Source: a virus (Duplodnaviria; Caudoviricetes). From it: DNA of 28,501 nt. The position numbers and the translations under genes were made by a program. Of the stretch, positions 25,228 through 28,501 are shown one piece after another (position 1 is the first letter of the stretch; every line of letters starts with the position of its first letter). The notes beneath the pieces are model-generated. The model ran no database searches, had not been told where the DNA came from, and saw only the letters and a program-made list of their open reading frames with translations. The stretch spans positions 1 through 28,501 of the IMG/VR virus record IMGVR_UViG_3300032216_000241. One strand, given 5' to 3'.

Positions 25228-26262
25228 ATGCTACATATTGATACCAAATACGCATCTCTTCTAAATACCCGACTTCGCAACTTTACAAAGAAGAATGATT
25301 TTCTTTGGAACTACAGTTGCCCAGTATGCGGTGACAGCAAGAATAATCCTCGCAAGGCAAGAGGGTTCATCTACAAACATAAACAAGATCTCTTGGTTAA
25401 ATGCCATAAGTGTGGGTATAGCACAAACCTTGGAAACCTAATCAAATATGTAGATACAAACATGTATGATGAGTATGTGATTGAACGATACAAGAGTGGT
25501 GCAACTCGATACAACGACCATAAAGAGATTGGTCAATATATTCCAGAAGTATCGCCTATCGATACTAACGATATACATTTAGAAGATGATGTTCTGGATT
25601 CTCTAAATCGCATCGACAAGATGCCTGAATTGCATCCAGCAGTTCAATATGTAGCCAAACGAAACATCCCAAAGGACAAGTGGAATCTACTTTACTTTGC
25701 TCCAAAGTTTAAAACATACACAAATACAATTACACCTAAGTTTCAAGAACCAATTAAGGATGAACATCCAAGGTTGGTAATCCCTTACTTCAATTCGCAT
25801 GGTAAGGTAATTGCCTTTCAAGGAAGGGCATTCGGTAGCGAAGAGCCTAAGTATTATACCATCAAGATTGATGAAGATGAGGAGAAGATCTATGGATTGG
25901 AACGAATCGACTATGCAAGAAGAATATATGTGGTGGAGGGACCACTTGACTCTCTTTTTCTTCCAAACGCAATCGCTGTATCAGGAAGTAGTTTTGATAC
26001 CCCTACTATTAGGAAGTTGCTTACTAACGCAACAATAGTAATGGACAATGAACCTCGTTCAGTAGAAATTACAAAACAGTTGTCGAAGTATATTGATAAA
26101 GGGTATAATGTAGTGATGTATCCAGATACGATTAAAGAGAAGGATATCAATGAAATGGTTTTAGCTGGACGATCTCCTGCCCAAATTCTAGAATTGATAA
26201 ATACCAATACCTTCACAGGAATGGAAGCAAAGTTGAAATTTTCAGAATGGAGAAAATGTTGA
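25228..26262 (+). CDS. 61: DNA primase (T4 gp61-like)
   Basis: CPVCGDS...CHKCG zinc finger, RLVIP, FQGR, KYYT, VVEGPLDSLF and DNE TOPRIM motifs, KDINEM. Confidence 0.95.
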   Translation: MLHIDTKYASLLNTRLRNFTKKNDFLWNYSCPVCGDSKNNPRKARGFIYKHKQDLLVKCHKCGYSTNLGNLIKYVDTNMYDEYVIERYKSGATRYNDHKEIGQYIPEVSPIDTNDIHLEDDVLDSLNRIDKMPELHPAVQYVAKRNIPKDKWNLLYFAPKFKTYTNTITPKFQEPIKDEHPRLVIPYFNSHGKVIAFQGRAFGSEEPKYYTIKIDEDEEKIYGLERIDYARRIYVVEGPLDSLFLPNAIAVSGSSFDTPTIRKLLTNATIVMDNEPRSVEITKQLSKYIDKGYNVVMYPDTIKEKDINEMVLAGRSPAQILELINTNTFTGMEAKLKFSEWRKC

Positions 26263-26945
26263 AAGTAAAGTTAATTAGTTATAGCACTCCCTCCAAAGAG
26301 ATGTATGAAGAAGGTTTAGAGAATGTTCAAGAATTGATTGGCTTCTGCGCAAGGGTTTCTAATCCCAGCAACCAATTAAACACAGATACATCAGACAAGT
26401 TAATTCGGTATCTAGTAAAGCATAAGCATTGGTCTCCACTAGAGATGGTGTCTGCTTGTTTAGAAATCGAAACGACTAGAGATATAGCAAGACAAATCTT
26501 GCGACACAGAAGTTTTAGCTTCCAAGAATTCAGTCAGCGATATGCTGATCCAACAAAGGATTTAGATTTCGTATTAAGAGAAGCAAGACGACAAGATACC
26601 AAAAATAGACAAAACAGTATAGAGTTGGATATTCAAAACGACAATGCGGATCGTTTCCTAGCCTACCAATGGGAACAAATGCAACAAAAAGTTTTAGATG
26701 CAGCCAAGTCAGCATATACATGGGCTATCGATAGTGGTATAGCAAAAGAACAGGCGAGGGCAGTTCTGCCAGAGGGATTAACAGTCTCTCGCCTTTATAT
26801 GAATGGTACTCTGCGCAGTTGGATTCATTTCATTGAATTACGCAGCGCAAATGGAACACAAAAAGAGCATCAGATGATAGCAAAAGAATGTGCTAAAGTT
26901 ATTACAAGCATTTTCCCTCTTGCTTCTGAATTTGTAGAACAATAA
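26256..26945 (+). CDS. thyX: flavin-dependent thymidylate synthase
   Basis: HWSPLE, RQILRHRSFSFQEFSQRY (RHRx7S), EQARAVLP, LR...TQKEH; GGAG upstream of ATG 26256. Confidence 0.95.
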   Translation: MLKVKLISYSTPSKEMYEEGLENVQELIGFCARVSNPSNQLNTDTSDKLIRYLVKHKHWSPLEMVSACLEIETTRDIARQILRHRSFSFQEFSQRYADPTKDLDFVLREARRQDTKNRQNSIELDIQNDNADRFLAYQWEQMQQKVLDAAKSAYTWAIDSGIAKEQARAVLPEGLTVSRLYMNGTLRSWIHFIELRSANGTQKEHQMIAKECAKVITSIFPLASEFVEQ

Positions 26946-26965
26946 AAAATATAACTGGAGTTAGT

Positions 26966-28501
26966 ATGGCAGACGCAGTCGTGCATGGTATTACGGTAGA
27001 TTATTCAAGAGATAGTTTATTTGATGAATTGGGTTTTATACGATTGAAAGAATCGTATATGAAAGATGATGAGGTAAGTCCACAGGAAAGATTCGCTTTT
27101 GTTTCAAGTCAATTTGGGAGCAATCCAGAACATGCGCAAAGATTATACGACTACAGTAGCAATCATTGGCTCTCTTATTCTACTCCCATTCTTTCTTTTG
27201 GTCGCAGCAAGCGTGGTCTGCCTATATCATGTTTCCTTAATTATATTGAAGATACAGCGGAGGGTCTAGTTGATAATCTATCTGAAACAAATTGGCTTAG
27301 TATGTTGGGCGGTGGTGTTGGGATTGGCTTTGGTATTCGTTCGGCTGATGATAAAAGTACTGGCGTTATGCCTCACCTCAAAATGTATGACGCATCTAGT
27401 TTGGCATACCGTCAGGGTCGCACCCGTCGTGGCAGTTATGCTGCTTATCTGTCTATTGACCATCCAGACATCATCAACTTTTTAGAGATGCGCAAGCCGA
27501 CTGGTGATCAGAATATGCGCACTCTTAACATGCATCACGGGATTAATATTCCTGATAGATTCATGGAGATCATTGAGAACTGTATGATTGATCCAAATTT
27601 TGATGACTCTTGGGATTTGATTGATCCAGCATCAAAGATTGTTCGTGAAACAGTATCAGCAAAAGATCTCTGGCAGAAATTACTTGAGATGCGCATGATG
27701 ACTGGTGAACCATACCTACACTTTATTGACGAATCAAATCGCAAGATGCCTCAGTGGTTGAAAGATAAAGGTTTACAGATTAATCAGTCCAATCTTTGTT
27801 CAGAGATTATTCTACCAACTAATGAAAAGCGCACTGCTGTTTGTTGCTTATCATCTTTGAACTTGGAGTATTATGATGAATGGAAAAATGAACCATTATT
27901 TTTGCGTGATGTGGCGGAAATGTTGGACAATGTTCTCCAGTATTTTATTGATCATGCTCCTTCCAGTATCAAGCGAGCTAAGTACTCTGCTATGCGTGAA
28001 CGCAGCATTGGTATTGGTGCTCTTGGCTGGCACGCATATCTACAAAGAAATAACCTACCTTGGGAATCATCATTAGCAGTTGGCAGAAACAAAAACATCT
28101 TTAAAACAATAAGAGAGAAGTTAGATGAGGCGAACAAACAGTTGGGACTGGAGAGGGGTGAAGCACCTGATGCAGTGGGTACTGGGAATAGGTTTAGTCA
28201 TCTTATGGCTATTGCTCCCAATGCTTCTTCTTCCATTCTTATGGGCAACACTAGTCCTAGTATTGAACCTTATCGTGCCAATGCTTATCGCCAGGATACT
28301 CTATCGGGTTCTCACCTAAACAAGAATCGATATCTCGATAAAATTATTAAGGATAAAGCGAAAGATGAAAATGAATATAATGAAATTTGGTCCAGTATCA
28401 TTGCCAATGACGGATCCGTACAACATATGGAATCCTTGGACGAATGGACAAGAGATGTATTCAAAACAAGTATGGAAATTGACCAACGATGGCTTATCCA
28501 G
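26966..28501 (+). CDS. nrdA: class I ribonucleotide reductase alpha subunit (3'-truncated by window edge)
   Basis: Translated by hand (absent from the ORF track): MADAVVHGITVDYSRD..., STPILS, PISCFL, GGGVG, QGRTRRGS, QSNLCSEI, VCCLSS, SIGIGALG, AIAPNASSS; open to the window end. Confidence 0.93.
   Translation, partial: MADAVVHGITVDYSRDSLFDELGFIRLKESYMKDDEVSPQERFAFVSSQFGSNPEHAQRLYDYSSNHWLSYSTPILSFGRSKRGLPISCFLNYIEDTAEGLVDNLSETNWLSMLGGGVGIGFGIRSADDKSTGVMPHLKMYDASSLAYRQGRTRRGSYAAYLSIDHPDIINFLEMRKPTGDQNMRTLNMHHGINIPDRFMEIIENCMIDPNFDDSWDLIDPASKIVRETVSAKDLWQKLLEMRMMTGEPYLHFIDESNRKMPQWLKDKGLQINQSNLCSEIILPTNEKRTAVCCLSSLNLEYYDEWKNEPLFLRDVAEMLDNVLQYFIDHAPSSIKRAKYSAMRERSIGIGALGWHAYLQRNNLPWESSLAVGRNKNIFKTIREKLDEANKQLGLERGEAPDAVGTGNRFSHLMAIAPNASSSILMGNTSPSIEPYRANAYRQDTLSGSHLNKNRYLDKIIKDKAKDENEYNEIWSSIIANDGSVQHMESLDEWTRDVFKTSMEIDQRWLIQ

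Noticed and set aside
922-28319. Numerous short alternative-frame and minus-strand ORFs in the track
   Set aside because: They lie within or across well-supported + strand genes and show no motifs; shadow ORFs.
26946-28501. Apparent gene-poor right end
   Set aside because: It is nrdA running off the window; the track omitted it because no stop codon is present.
1-28501. Stop-codon reassignment
   Set aside because: Genes are full length in the standard code, and TAA, TGA and TAG (e.g. 7270-7272) each end genes at sensible positions.
1-28501. tRNA or large structured ncRNA genes
   Set aside because: Intergenic gaps are at most about 75 bp and are explained by promoters and terminators; no cloverleaf seen by eye (tRNAscan/Infernal not run).

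Overview
AT-rich, densely coded segment of a T4-like (myovirus) phage genome, with all genes on the + strand. The left part is a replication/recombination block: DexA-like exonuclease, gp43 PolB, a 2OG-Fe(II) oxygenase, UvsX, a gp40-like gene and gp41 helicase. Directly behind the helicase is a tightly overlapping 7-gene cluster (7282-12945) that looks like a post-replicative DNA base-hypermodification pathway: TET/JBP-type dioxygenase, class II glutamine amidotransferase, amidoligase, LMW phosphatase, putative PD-(D/E)XK nuclease, aGPT-PPlase/amino-acid:DNA transferase and P-loop kinase. The phage also carries ThyX. A late-promoter region (13.6-23 kb) encodes proteins with T4 capsid-targeting-like N-termini, some strikingly His-rich (a ligase-like protein, two HIGH-family nucleotidyltransferases, modular polyproteins), plus Dps and a structural protein. 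Then come spanins and a holin-like gene, gp61 primase, thyX and a truncated nrdA. All calls come from motif recognition by eye; no searches were run.
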